DNA of 62,808 nt, from assembly GCA_012517435.1 (NCBI GenBank), contig JAAYUY010000086.1, positions 1 through 62,808 on the forward strand. Reading direction: 5' to 3'. The notes beneath the pieces are model-generated. The model had not been told where the DNA came from. It was given only the letters and a program-made list of their open reading frames with translations, and ran no database searches. Both the position numbers and the translations under genes were made by a program. Positions 42,191 to 51,065 of the stretch are shown here, one piece after another (position 1 is the stretch's first letter; each line of letters starts with the position of its first letter). The DNA comes from Sphingobacteriales bacterium. Lineage in GTDB: Bacteria > Bacteroidota > Bacteroidia > CAILMK01 > JAAYUY01.

Positions 42191-43206
42191 GATTTTGGTG
42201 AATCAGGCATGTTGCCATGTCCGGGTTTTTCGGGGCCGGATGGCTTTACCGATTTGGAAATAGAATCTCTCATTTCTGTATCAGCCTGGATATTTTTAAA
42301 CTTATAATAATCCATGATTCCAAGATTACCACTTCGGAAGGCTTCGGCCATTGCCAGTGGTATCTGAGCCTCAGCTTCGATGACTTTGACACGGGCTTCC
42401 TGAGCCTTTGCTTTTTGCATCTGCTCTTCTGCAACTGCCATAGCTCTTTTCTGCTCTGCTCGTGCCTGAGCAATTTTTTTGTCTGCTTCTGCCTGATCAG
42501 CCTGCAATACTGCGCCAATGTTTTTTCCAACATCAATATCGGCAATGTCAATAGATAATATTTCAAAAGCAGTTCCGGAGTCAAGCCCTTTCTCAAGCAC
42601 CAGTTTTGAAATGCTGTCTGGATTTTCCAATACAGCTTTGTGATCCGTAGATGAACCTATGGAGGAAACTATGCCTTCGCCAACCCTTGCCAGTACAGTA
42701 TCTTCACCTGCACCACCTACCAGTTGGTTAATATTGGCTCTGACGGTTACCCTTGCTTTTGCAATCAGCTGAATGCCATCTTTTGCCATGGCAGCAATCG
42801 GCTTGGTATCAATTACTCTTGGATTAACTGACATCTGCACGGCATCAAATACATCACGACCGGCCAGGTCGATAGCTGTGGCAAGCTGGAAGGACAGGGG
42901 AATATTTGCTTTATCAGCACTGATTAAAGCTTTAATGACATTGTTGACATGTCCTCCTGCCAGATAATGCGTCTCTATTTCATTGGCTGTTACTTTCAGT
43001 CCGGCTTTGGTTGCTGTAATCAAAGCGTTGACAATGACAGCAGGCGGAACTTTTCTGATTCTCATCAGTATTAATTGTAAAATACTGATTTTTACTCCGC
43101 TGAAAACGGCTGTAATCCAGAGATTTAGCGGTACAAAATAAAGAAAGATCAGTATAAAAATAAATACCGCTATAACGGCAATAATAATTCCTGTAATCGG
43201 GTTCAT
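42187..43206 (-). CDS. floA: Flotillin-like protein FloA (UPF0365/YqfA family)
   Basis: Near-collinear with B. subtilis FloA as I remember it ([23 protein letters not shown] ... [19 protein letters not shown] ... [22 protein letters not shown] ... [11 protein letters not shown]). I chose the ATG at 43206 (MNPITG...) because the ORF-track TTG at 43230 lies inside the putative promoter. Confidence 0.9.
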   Translation of the reverse strand: MNPITGIIIAVIAVFIFILIFLYFVPLNLWITAVFSGVKISILQLILMRIRKVPPAVIVNALITATKAGLKVTANEIETHYLAGGHVNNVIKALISADKANIPLSFQLATAIDLAGRDVFDAVQMSVNPRVIDTKPIAAMAKDGIQLIAKARVTVRANINQLVGGAGEDTVLARVGEGIVSSIGSSTDHKAVLENPDSISKLVLEKGLDSGTAFEILSIDIADIDVGKNIGAVLQADQAEADKKIAQARAEQKRAMAVAEEQMQKAKAQEARVKVIEAEAQIPLAMAEAFRSGNLGIMDYYKFKNIQADTEMRDSISKSVKPSGPEKPGHGNMPDSPKS

Positions 43207-43227
43207 ATCTTTAGTTTTAATTTCTGG

Positions 43228-43235
43228 CAAAGGTA
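43228..43235 (-). promoter_or_regulatory. -7 box TACCTTTG (minus strand) for floA
   Basis: Plus-strand CAAAGGTA is the reverse complement of TACCTTTG. It lies 21 nt upstream of the ATG at 43206. Confidence 0.45.
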
Positions 43236-43381
43236 ATCTTTTTCACTGAAATTTTTTGGAAGTACCCATAATATAATTTCTTTCTTACTTTTTAATTACT
43301 CATGATTTATATCAGTTTTTATTGGCTACTGAGTTTTGTATCTTTACACATAAATTTTGGAGGGAAAATAAAAATCTTTTT

Positions 43382-43843
43382 ATGGACATATTCGATAAAT
43401 CAGGAAGGTTAAATGTTGAAAAACTGGAATATTCACCTGTTTCAGTACCGGCTCCGGTAGTAGTAAAGCATTTATATTGCCACAATGGCCATGATCTGAT
43501 ATCCCCGCGGGCCAGTTTTAAAGGCGAAAATGGTATTTTGCTGAAGTCGGTAATCGATAAGTCAGAAGGTATGGTCGCTTTAAGTCCGGTTTTTGGTGTT
43601 AATTCAAGGATGACAATTGATATTGATTTGATTGATAATGGGATATATAAGTTTTTTTGTCCTGAGTGTCAGGAACAGTTAAAGGTGTTTTCAAATTGCG
43701 TTTGTGGAGCACCCCGCATTATACTTTTTGCTGATAAGTCTTTGAATATCAATAAATGTGTATGCATTTGCACTCGCTTAGGCTGCGATGAATCATGCAT
43801 TATTTCTTCAGAAGATATTATCAGCACTTTCAATCTTTTATAA
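43382..43843 (+). CDS. Hypothetical Cys-rich (putative zinc-binding) protein
   Basis: 153 aa from the ATG at 43382. Contains CHNGH, CPEC, CVCG, CVCIC and CDESC clusters. I recognise no family. The upstream TTG start at 43322 is possible but unsupported. Confidence 0.55.
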   Translation: MDIFDKSGRLNVEKLEYSPVSVPAPVVVKHLYCHNGHDLISPRASFKGENGILLKSVIDKSEGMVALSPVFGVNSRMTIDIDLIDNGIYKFFCPECQEQLKVFSNCVCGAPRIILFADKSLNINKCVCICTRLGCDESCIISSEDIISTFNLL

Positions 43844-43880
43844 AAGGAACATAATCAGGTAATTTACTATCATTTTTTTC

Positions 43881-45293
43881 TCATTCCCCCTCTGCTTCAC
43901 TTTCCGGTGATGCATTGAGCTCAATTAATAGGTTTGATTTCTCAGCCGGAAGTTCCTGTACATCTTTAAGTTTTCTGGAAATAATATTGGTTCGTTTATT
44001 GGCGGCTTCAATCGAATTACTGGCTTCCTGAAGTTTTTTATGCGTTTTCTCAAGTAAATCCCCGAAATATCCAAATTCTTTTTTCACTGCTGACAGTAAA
44101 TCCCAAACCTCACTGGATCTTTTTTCAATGGCGAGGGTACGGAATCCCATCTGCAGGCTGTTTAACAATGCAGAAAGGGTAGTGGGCCCAGTTATAACTA
44201 CCTTGTATTCCCGCTGTATCTGCTCGAAGACACCCGTCATTCTTAGTACTTCAGCATATAATCCTTCGAAGGGAAGAAACATAATGGCAAAGTCTGTCGT
44301 TCGGGGTGGATCAATATATTTTTCACTGATATCTTTTGCAAACTGCCTGATCTTCATAGCCAGATTTTTTTTGTGCTCTTCAATCTTCTGCAGATCGGAA
44401 TTGTCGTAAGCATCCATCAGCGATTGATAGTCTTCTGTCGGGAATTTGGCATCCATTGGCAGGTAAACGGTTTTGTTTTTATCTTCTCTTCCGGGCAGTT
44501 TAACAGCAAATTCAACCCGGTTGTTGCTGTTCAACTTGGTGGCTACATTTCGTTCATATTGAGAAGGCGAAAGCATTTGCTCCAGTAGATTCTCGAGCTG
44601 GTATTCCCCTAAAACACCTTTTGTCTTGACATTTGAGAGAACTTTTTTCAGGTCGCCCACCCCTGCTGCAAGGCTCTGCATATCACCAAGCCCTTTGTGA
44701 ACGGCCTCCAGACGCTCACTCACCAGTTTAAACGATTCTCCAAGTCTCTTTTCAAGTGTGGATTGCAGCTTCTCATCTACTGTTTTCCTCATTTCTTCAA
44801 GCTTTTCATCCACTGTTTTTCTCATTTCAGCTACCTTGGCAGCATTATCTTCCTGCAGGTGACGTATTCTTGTTTCAATGGTTTCTCTCATTTTTTCCAG
44901 CCGCTCTTCATTCGATTTGGTTAAAGTGTTTAAAAGATTAGTAAAGCTTTCAAACTGAAGCTTTTGCTGATTGGCAAAACTATCCAGCTGTCCTTTTTGC
45001 TGGTTGGCAGTTGTGTCCAACTGGTTTTTCTGCATGTCTGAAATTCCTTTCATCCCGTTGAGCAGGCTATTTTGAAGCTCTTCCCGCATTTCACGCATCA
45101 GTTTTGACGATTCTTCCCTGTTTCTTGAAAACTCATCTTTTAATGATTTGTCTAATAAATTCAGCTGTTGCTCAATTTTTTCCAGCTGGCCGTTGATGTC
45201 CTGCTCTTTTCCAGTTGGTTTAAAAATTTTAACAATGATGACAATCAGTAAAACAATTGTGATACTCAATAATGTTAAAGTCAGTGTTTCCAT
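43881..45293 (-). CDS. rmuC: DNA recombination protein RmuC
   Basis: N-terminal TM helix, long coiled coil, and a C-terminal RmuC nuclease-like domain (FAIMFLPFEGLYAEVLR ... VVITGPTTLSALLNSLQMGF). I chose the start at M27 (45293) because a -7 box lies between it and the ORF-track start at 45371. Confidence 0.85.
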   Translation of the reverse strand: METLTLTLLSITIVLLIVIIVKIFKPTGKEQDINGQLEKIEQQLNLLDKSLKDEFSRNREESSKLMREMREELQNSLLNGMKGISDMQKNQLDTTANQQKGQLDSFANQQKLQFESFTNLLNTLTKSNEERLEKMRETIETRIRHLQEDNAAKVAEMRKTVDEKLEEMRKTVDEKLQSTLEKRLGESFKLVSERLEAVHKGLGDMQSLAAGVGDLKKVLSNVKTKGVLGEYQLENLLEQMLSPSQYERNVATKLNSNNRVEFAVKLPGREDKNKTVYLPMDAKFPTEDYQSLMDAYDNSDLQKIEEHKKNLAMKIRQFAKDISEKYIDPPRTTDFAIMFLPFEGLYAEVLRMTGVFEQIQREYKVVITGPTTLSALLNSLQMGFRTLAIEKRSSEVWDLLSAVKKEFGYFGDLLEKTHKKLQEASNSIEAANKRTNIISRKLKDVQELPAEKSNLLIELNASPESEAEGE

Positions 45294-45325
45294 TGAAAAA
45301 AAAATTTCGTGCAAGATAAACATTT

Positions 45326-45333
45326 CAAAAATA
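45326..45333 (-). promoter_or_regulatory. -7 box TATTTTTG (minus strand) for rmuC
   Basis: Plus-strand CAAAAATA is the reverse complement of TATTTTTG. It lies 32 nt upstream of the ATG at 45293. Confidence 0.4.
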
Positions 45334-45430
45334 CCTGAAGAAAATCTGTTTTTAAATTCAATAGGCAGCAAAAACGCTTATTTTTAAAAAATTTCGGGGA
45401 AAAATTTGGAATTTATTGGAAACCATGTCT

Positions 45431-45438
45431 TAGTTTTG
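45431..45438 (+). promoter_or_regulatory. -7 box TAGTTTTG for the P-loop-arcC-argF cluster
   Basis: Exact TAnnTTTG match 67 nt upstream of the ATG at 45506. Confidence 0.4.
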
Positions 45439-45505
45439 CATTGAAACCTTAAAAGAGTTTAAACAATTTAAACCATTTTTTAGCAAACATCAAAATAAAT
45501 TAATT

Positions 45506-46831
45506 ATGGCAAGTATGGTCAGAAGAACATTAATTATGGGAGCTGCCGGAAGAGATTTTCACAATTTCAATGTGTTTTTCAGAGGCAATTCCAATTATAA
45601 GGTAGTAGCCTTTACAGCAACACAGATCCCCGGCATTGACGACAAAAAATATCCTGCTGAGCTGGCAGGCAAAGACCTTTATCCTGACGGGATTCCAATT
45701 CGCCCTGAAGCTGAGTTAAAAGACATCATTATTAAGGAAAAAATAGATCTGGTAGTTTTTGCCTATAGCGATGTACCGCATGAAAGAGTCATGCATGCCG
45801 CATCTATTGCCAATGCAGCCGGTGCTGACTTCATGTTGATGGGCGCCAACCAGACAACCCTTGAAACCTCAAAACCTGTCATTTCTATCTGTGCTTCACG
45901 TACAGGTTGTGGTAAATCACAGACAACCAGAAGAGTGATGGAAATCCTGAACAGTCGTGGGTTAAAAGCCGTTGCTATTCGTCATCCCATGCCTTATGGT
46001 GATCTGGTAGCTCAGAAAATTCAGCGCTTTGCCGATATTTCCGATCTGGCAAAACACAAATGTACCATTGAAGAAATGGAAGAATATGAACCGCATATTA
46101 CACGAGGCAACATTATCTATGCCGGTGTTGATTATGAAGCTATTCTCCGCGAGGCAGAAAAAGAAGCCGATGTTATCGTTTGGGATGGGGGTAACAACGA
46201 CATCCCGTTTTATCGCTCAACCACCAAAACCATCAGAATTGTGGTGGTAGATCCTTTAAGGGTAGGACACGAAATGACCTATCACCCGGGTGAAACCAAC
46301 GTAAGAATGGCCGATATCGTAGTTATTAACAAAATTGACAGTGCCAATCTCGATGACATTACTGAACTGAGAGACAATGTCAAGGCTTTGAATCCGTCAG
46401 CAATCATTGTTGAAGGAGCTTCACCCCTGACCGTTGACAAACCGGAAATAATTCAGGGGAAACGTGTGTTGTGTATAGAAGACGGTCCGACCTTAACTCA
46501 TGGTGAAATGACTTTTGGTGCAGGTATTGTTGCCGCCATGAAACTTGGCGCTGCCGAACTGGTTGATCCACGTCCTTGGGCAGTAGGTGAAATTGCCCAG
46601 ACATTTGAAAAATATCCGGACATCGGCACCTTGCTACCGGCCATGGGTTATGGTGAACAACAGATTAAAGACCTTGAAGCCACCATCAATGCAACTGATT
46701 GCGATGTGGTCGTTATCGGTACACCCATTGATCTGAGAAGGCTTTGTAAAATAAATAAACCGGCTGTCGTGGTTGGGTATAACCTTCAGGAAATCGGCTA
46801 TCCGACTCTTGAACAACTGATACAATTATAA
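45506..46831 (+). CDS. P-loop protein of the COG2403 / cyclic 2,3-diphosphoglycerate synthetase-like family
   Basis: 441 aa. N-terminal Rossmann-like IMGAAGRDFHNFN and a nucleotide-binding loop SRTGCGKSQTT. The family is assigned from memory of similarly annotated ~440-aa proteins. Confidence 0.45.
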   Translation: MASMVRRTLIMGAAGRDFHNFNVFFRGNSNYKVVAFTATQIPGIDDKKYPAELAGKDLYPDGIPIRPEAELKDIIIKEKIDLVVFAYSDVPHERVMHAASIANAAGADFMLMGANQTTLETSKPVISICASRTGCGKSQTTRRVMEILNSRGLKAVAIRHPMPYGDLVAQKIQRFADISDLAKHKCTIEEMEEYEPHITRGNIIYAGVDYEAILREAEKEADVIVWDGGNNDIPFYRSTTKTIRIVVVDPLRVGHEMTYHPGETNVRMADIVVINKIDSANLDDITELRDNVKALNPSAIIVEGASPLTVDKPEIIQGKRVLCIEDGPTLTHGEMTFGAGIVAAMKLGAAELVDPRPWAVGEIAQTFEKYPDIGTLLPAMGYGEQQIKDLEATINATDCDVVVIGTPIDLRRLCKINKPAVVVGYNLQEIGYPTLEQLIQL

Positions 46832-46919
46832 GTATGTAGATAACGTCAGAATCCGGAAGCGTTTTATTATTCGACATTCCGGGTTCTGGCTTTAATTTTT
46901 TAATAATAAATAACACCTT

Positions 46920-47864
46920 ATGAAAAAACTGGCAGTAGTAGCTTTTGGAGGTAATGCACTTTTAAGAGGCGATCAGAAAGGAACAATCGGAGAACAGGAA
47001 AGAAATGCATACGAAACCTGTGAAAAGTTGCTGGTACTGATCAAGCGGGGCTATGATCTGGTCATAACCCACGGAAATGGGCCTCAGGTAGGTAATATCA
47101 TGCTTCAAAACGATGCAGGACGCAAACTATACGGCATACCTGAAATGCCCATGGATGTATGCGGAGCATTTTCACAGGGATTTATCGGCTATGTCATTGA
47201 GCAACAATTACGTAACGTATTATCAGCCAATGATATTGACAAAGATATCATCACAATTGTTACTCAGGTTCTTGTCCATAAAGATGACCCGGCATTCAAA
47301 AATCCGACAAAACCTGTCGGTCCGTTTTATACAAAGGAAGAAGCAGACACGATAGCAAAAGAAACAGGTGCGATTTTCAGGGAAGATCCGAGGGGAAGGG
47401 GCTGGCGCAAGGTGGTTGCATCCCCTAAGCCGATGATGATTACCAATGTCAAGTCTATTGAAAAGCTTTCACGGGACGGGCAAATCGTTATTGCAGTTGG
47501 CGGGGGAGGCATTCCGGTTCACTATGTCAAGCCAAATACCCTTGAAGGGATTGATGCTGTTATTGATAAAGATTTGGCTTCCTCATTGCTCGCTACTCAG
47601 ATTCATGCCGATAAATTTTTCATCCTGACCGATGTCCCAAAGGTGTGCATTAATTTTAATACGCCACAGCAGAAGGAAATTGACAGGATGACCATTACCG
47701 AAGCTCAGAAATATCTCGAAGAGGGTCATTTCGCTGAAGGGAGCATGGCTCCGAAAATCAGGGCTGCTATTCGTTTTGTAACCTCAACAGGTAAAGATGC
47801 TATCATTACCGAAACTACAAAACTTGGCATAGATGATGGAGGGACAAGAGTCGTAATTGTTTGA
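46920..47864 (+). CDS. arcC: Carbamate kinase
   Basis: 314 aa (VVAFGGNALLRGDQKGT ... VITHGNGPQVGNIMLQ ... IAVGGGGIPV ... VIDKDLASSLLA). Confidence 0.92.
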   Translation: MKKLAVVAFGGNALLRGDQKGTIGEQERNAYETCEKLLVLIKRGYDLVITHGNGPQVGNIMLQNDAGRKLYGIPEMPMDVCGAFSQGFIGYVIEQQLRNVLSANDIDKDIITIVTQVLVHKDDPAFKNPTKPVGPFYTKEEADTIAKETGAIFREDPRGRGWRKVVASPKPMMITNVKSIEKLSRDGQIVIAVGGGGIPVHYVKPNTLEGIDAVIDKDLASSLLATQIHADKFFILTDVPKVCINFNTPQQKEIDRMTITEAQKYLEEGHFAEGSMAPKIRAAIRFVTSTGKDAIITETTKLGIDDGGTRVVIV

Positions 47865-47934
47865 TGACTTGATGATGTTAAACAAAACTTTGTATAACTT
47901 ATTCATTTGCTTAACCTTATAAAAAATAATCATT

Positions 47935-48933
47935 ATGGCATTTAATCTAAAGAACAGGCATTTTTTAAAGGAACTTGATTTTACCCCCCGGGAAATTAAA
48001 TTTCTGCTTGATTTATCATTTGACCTGAAGAAAGCCAAATATACCGGGACTGAACAACCAAGACTGAAAGGAAAAAACATAGCATTGATTTTTGAAAAAA
48101 CTTCAACCCGTACCCGTTGTGCTTTTGAAGTAGCCGCTTTTGATCAGGGTGCTCAGGTAACCTATATCGGCCCGACCGGAAGTCAGATCGGTCATAAGGA
48201 AAGCATGAAAGATACGGCACGTGTGCTGGGCAGAATGTATGACGGTATTGAATATCGTGGCTATGGGCAGGAAATTGTCGAAGAACTGGCAGCTTATGCC
48301 GGTGTTCCTGTCTGGAACGGTCTCACCACTGAATGGCATCCTACCCAATCATTAGCCGATGTGATGACCATGCTCGAACATACCGACAAAAAACTGCATG
48401 AAATAGCTTTCTGCTTCATGGGCGATGCCAAAAACAATGTCGCTAATTCGCTGCTTGTGATGGCTGCCAAGCTGGGAATGGATTACCGTGCCATTGCACC
48501 TGCTTCCTGCCAGCCTTCAAAGCAATTGGTTCAGACATGCCTGGAAATAGCCAAAGAGACAGGTGCCCGCATTACCGTTACTGATAAGGTGGAAGAAGGA
48601 CTTAAAGGTTGTGATTTTGTTTACACTGACGTATGGGTTAGTATGGGAGAACCCGATTCTGTCTGGGAAGAACGTATCAGATTGTTAAAGCCATATCAGG
48701 TTAATCAGCAAGCCATGAAAATGACGGGTAATCCTAAAGTCAAATTTTTACATTGCCTGCCGGCTTTCCACAACAGGGAAACAAAAGTTGGGGAGGAAAT
48801 TTATCAGAAATTCGGACTCGATGGAATGGAAGTTACGGAAGATGTGTTTGAAAGCGAAGCTTCCATTGTCTGGGATCAGGCCGAAAACCGCATGCATACC
48901 ATTAAAGCTGTGATGGTTGCTACGCTCGGATAA
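47935..48933 (+). CDS. argF: Ornithine carbamoyltransferase
   Basis: 332 aa with [25 protein letters not shown] and HCLPAFH motifs. Adjacency to arcC suggests the catabolic direction (arcB-like). Confidence 0.9.
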   Translation: MAFNLKNRHFLKELDFTPREIKFLLDLSFDLKKAKYTGTEQPRLKGKNIALIFEKTSTRTRCAFEVAAFDQGAQVTYIGPTGSQIGHKESMKDTARVLGRMYDGIEYRGYGQEIVEELAAYAGVPVWNGLTTEWHPTQSLADVMTMLEHTDKKLHEIAFCFMGDAKNNVANSLLVMAAKLGMDYRAIAPASCQPSKQLVQTCLEIAKETGARITVTDKVEEGLKGCDFVYTDVWVSMGEPDSVWEERIRLLKPYQVNQQAMKMTGNPKVKFLHCLPAFHNRETKVGEEIYQKFGLDGMEVTEDVFESEASIVWDQAENRMHTIKAVMVATLG

Positions 48934-49041
48934 GATAAAAGAACATCATACTCTGTGAATACAGGGGGTAAACCCGCTTGTAAGATATTTTGAGTGTCAG
49001 ACAGCAAACAGGCAATCAACCTGACCTTTTATCTGCACTTT

Positions 49042-49974
49042 TTAATGAAGGTCGAGGCTGTGAAGCATATATATCAGGTGCTCAAGGGATTTTAGAATTT
49101 CGTCCATATATTCACTGACACCCCTGACACTTCCCGGAAGGGTAAAGACAAGGGTCTGACCCATCACTCCGGCTACTGCCCTGCTGACAAGTGCCTGTGG
49201 CTTTTCCTGTCCATATTTAAACCGAATGAGTTCCATGATGCCCGGTATTTCTTTAGTCAGCCTTGGTTTGACTACATCTACAGTTATGTCTGCCGGCCCG
49301 ATACCGGTTCCACCTGTGGTAATCAGTAAATCAATGTTTTCTTTTTTTGCAGTATCAAGTAAAATCTCCAGCGATTTTGCATGATCCGGAATTATTATGG
49401 TATCGATATGGTATTTCCTTTCTTTTTCCTCAAAATACTGACGGAGATACTCCACTACTTTTGGTCCGCTTTTATCCTCATATTCTCCCTTAGCAGCGCG
49501 GTCGCTCAGGGTAATTACCAGTATTTTAAATTCTTTGGGATGATATTCCAGAAAATCACCGGCTTTAATTTTTCCACCTTTAATTATTCTGGTAAAAATT
49601 CCTTCAACCGGCATAACGCAATTGCCAACTTCCCTGAAAATCGCACACCGGTCGCCATGACATTTTTTCCCGATCTGGGTTACCTCAAGTTCTACCGAAT
49701 CGTTACTGAAGCGATCGAGCGGATGCGTTTTAAATAATTCCATTCCTTCAGTGGTGAGGTTTTCGGCAAACTCTCCAAAGGCAACTTTTCTTCCTGCTGA
49801 CTGTTCAAACTTTCTGAAACTTTCAATCCCCAACAGACTGATTTCCCTGTTTTTAAAGCCGGCATGGGCATCGCCCACTACTCCCTGATCATTGATTTCA
49901 ATAATACTGACAGGCTTTTTGATAGTCCCTTTTTTCTCAGAAATATTTACTGACAAAATTTTGATTCCATTCAT
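49042..49974 (-). CDS. Fusion protein: N-terminal MOSC domain plus C-terminal MoaB/MogA-type molybdopterin-binding domain
   Basis: 310 aa. MOSC-like N-terminus (ILSVNISEKKGTIKKPV ... GDAHAG ... VTQIGKKCH). MogA/MoaB C-terminus (VITLSDRAAKGEYEDKSGP ... LLITTGGTGIGPADIT ... LPGSVRGV). Confidence 0.75.
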   Translation of the reverse strand: MNGIKILSVNISEKKGTIKKPVSIIEINDQGVVGDAHAGFKNREISLLGIESFRKFEQSAGRKVAFGEFAENLTTEGMELFKTHPLDRFSNDSVELEVTQIGKKCHGDRCAIFREVGNCVMPVEGIFTRIIKGGKIKAGDFLEYHPKEFKILVITLSDRAAKGEYEDKSGPKVVEYLRQYFEEKERKYHIDTIIIPDHAKSLEILLDTAKKENIDLLITTGGTGIGPADITVDVVKPRLTKEIPGIMELIRFKYGQEKPQALVSRAVAGVMGQTLVFTLPGSVRGVSEYMDEILKSLEHLIYMLHSLDLH

Positions 49975-49988
49975 CCTTTGAGTTTTTA

Positions 49989-50525
49989 TTATCTTCCTGG
50001 TTCCGGAAAAATATCATGCGGCTCATTTTTCCATACGATATTGGCTATCCACCACCGGCCTTCCTTGTAAATCAGCTGGAAACTGTTTACCCCTCTCTGG
50101 TTGGTGGTCGTACCATCTTTATTGAACAATGTAGATTCAAACGTGCTGAAAACATTGGCAATATTATCGGCTGTCTGAACATTTCTTTCAATTTCGTTTT
50201 CATAGTAATCATGTTGTTTCAGGACGGGGTCTATCATTTTGATAAAGTCGTCAAGTGATCCCTGAAAAAACTCTCTTTCTCCGCTTTTCTTTTCTTTAAG
50301 TGAAATAAAAGTGGCGCCTGGCAGGCAGAAAAACCGAAGTTTAGTCCAGTTCCGTTCTCCGGCTGGACCGCTTAAAATATCATAAACTGCTGTAATCATG
50401 GTATTTATGGATAAAACTTCCATGGAGTCTGATAAGGTAATGGTTTTCGTTGATTTTTTCTGTGTAAAACCATTTAAATGAACTCCAATCAGCAGGATGG
50501 CCAAAAGAAAACAATGTTTTTTCAT
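49989..50525 (-). CDS. Secreted hypothetical protein, possibly NTF2-like/SnoaL fold
   Basis: 178 aa with a signal peptide (LLAILLIGVHLNGFT). The C-terminal strand pattern RGVNSFQLIYKEGRWWIANIVW resembles NTF2-like proteins. The family call is weak. Confidence 0.4.
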   Translation of the reverse strand: MKKHCFLLAILLIGVHLNGFTQKKSTKTITLSDSMEVLSINTMITAVYDILSGPAGERNWTKLRFFCLPGATFISLKEKKSGEREFFQGSLDDFIKMIDPVLKQHDYYENEIERNVQTADNIANVFSTFESTLFNKDGTTTNQRGVNSFQLIYKEGRWWIANIVWKNEPHDIFPEPGR

Positions 50526-50600
50526 TTTCTACCCTCTTATTTTAGGTTTAACTGCATTTTTTATGACTTCACAAGATATGAAATTCTCTTTGATTAACGC

Positions 50601-51062
50601 TCAGAAATCCTGAATATTTTCCTTTTTCTTGCTGATTAATCTGATGTTGCCGATGACCATACTCTTATCAACAGCCTTACACATATCGTAAATGGTCAGA
50701 AGTGCAATGCTGACAGCTGTCAGGGCTTCCATTTCGACACCTGTTTTTCCTGTACATGAAACCATGCTTTTTACCCTGATCCCTCCATCTTCTGTTTTGC
50801 AGGTAACTGAAATCTTGTTGATAATCAAAGGATGGCAAAGCGGTATAAGCCTGAAACATTCTTTTGCAGCCTGAATGCCTGCAATTTCGGCTACAGTCAT
50901 GACGTCTCCCTTTTTGATCGAGTTTTCATGAATAAGTTGAAGCGTTTCATCCTGCAAACTGATGAATCCTTCAGCTTCAGCCGTTCTGAGCTGATCAGTT
51001 TTCTGGCCTACATCCACCATAACTGCTTTGCCTTTTTCATCCGTATGGGTCAGTTTTTTCAT
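50601..51062 (-). CDS. moaC: Cyclic pyranopterin monophosphate synthase MoaC
   Basis: 153 aa (KGDVMTVAEIAGIQAAKECFRLIPLCHPL ... GKTGVEMEALTAVSIALLTIYDMCKAVDK). Confidence 0.93.
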   Translation of the reverse strand: MKKLTHTDEKGKAVMVDVGQKTDQLRTAEAEGFISLQDETLQLIHENSIKKGDVMTVAEIAGIQAAKECFRLIPLCHPLIINKISVTCKTEDGGIRVKSMVSCTGKTGVEMEALTAVSIALLTIYDMCKAVDKSMVIGNIRLISKKKENIQDF

Positions 51063-51065
51063 ACT

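Noticed and set aside
43207-43230. Upstream non-ATG or extended starts given by the ORF track for floA (43230), the Cys-rich ORF (43322), rmuC (45371), gldD (31882), moaA (51908) and secE (3394)
   Set aside because: In each case an in-frame ATG downstream gives an N-terminus matching the family. The longer version would overlap a -7 promoter box, a tRNA or the upstream gene.
44768-44828. Two 28-nt near-identical segments 33 nt apart inside rmuC, encoding EMRKTVDEKL twice
   Set aside because: This is an in-frame 11-aa duplication within the coiled-coil region of an otherwise ordinary RmuC. It is not an independent repeat element.
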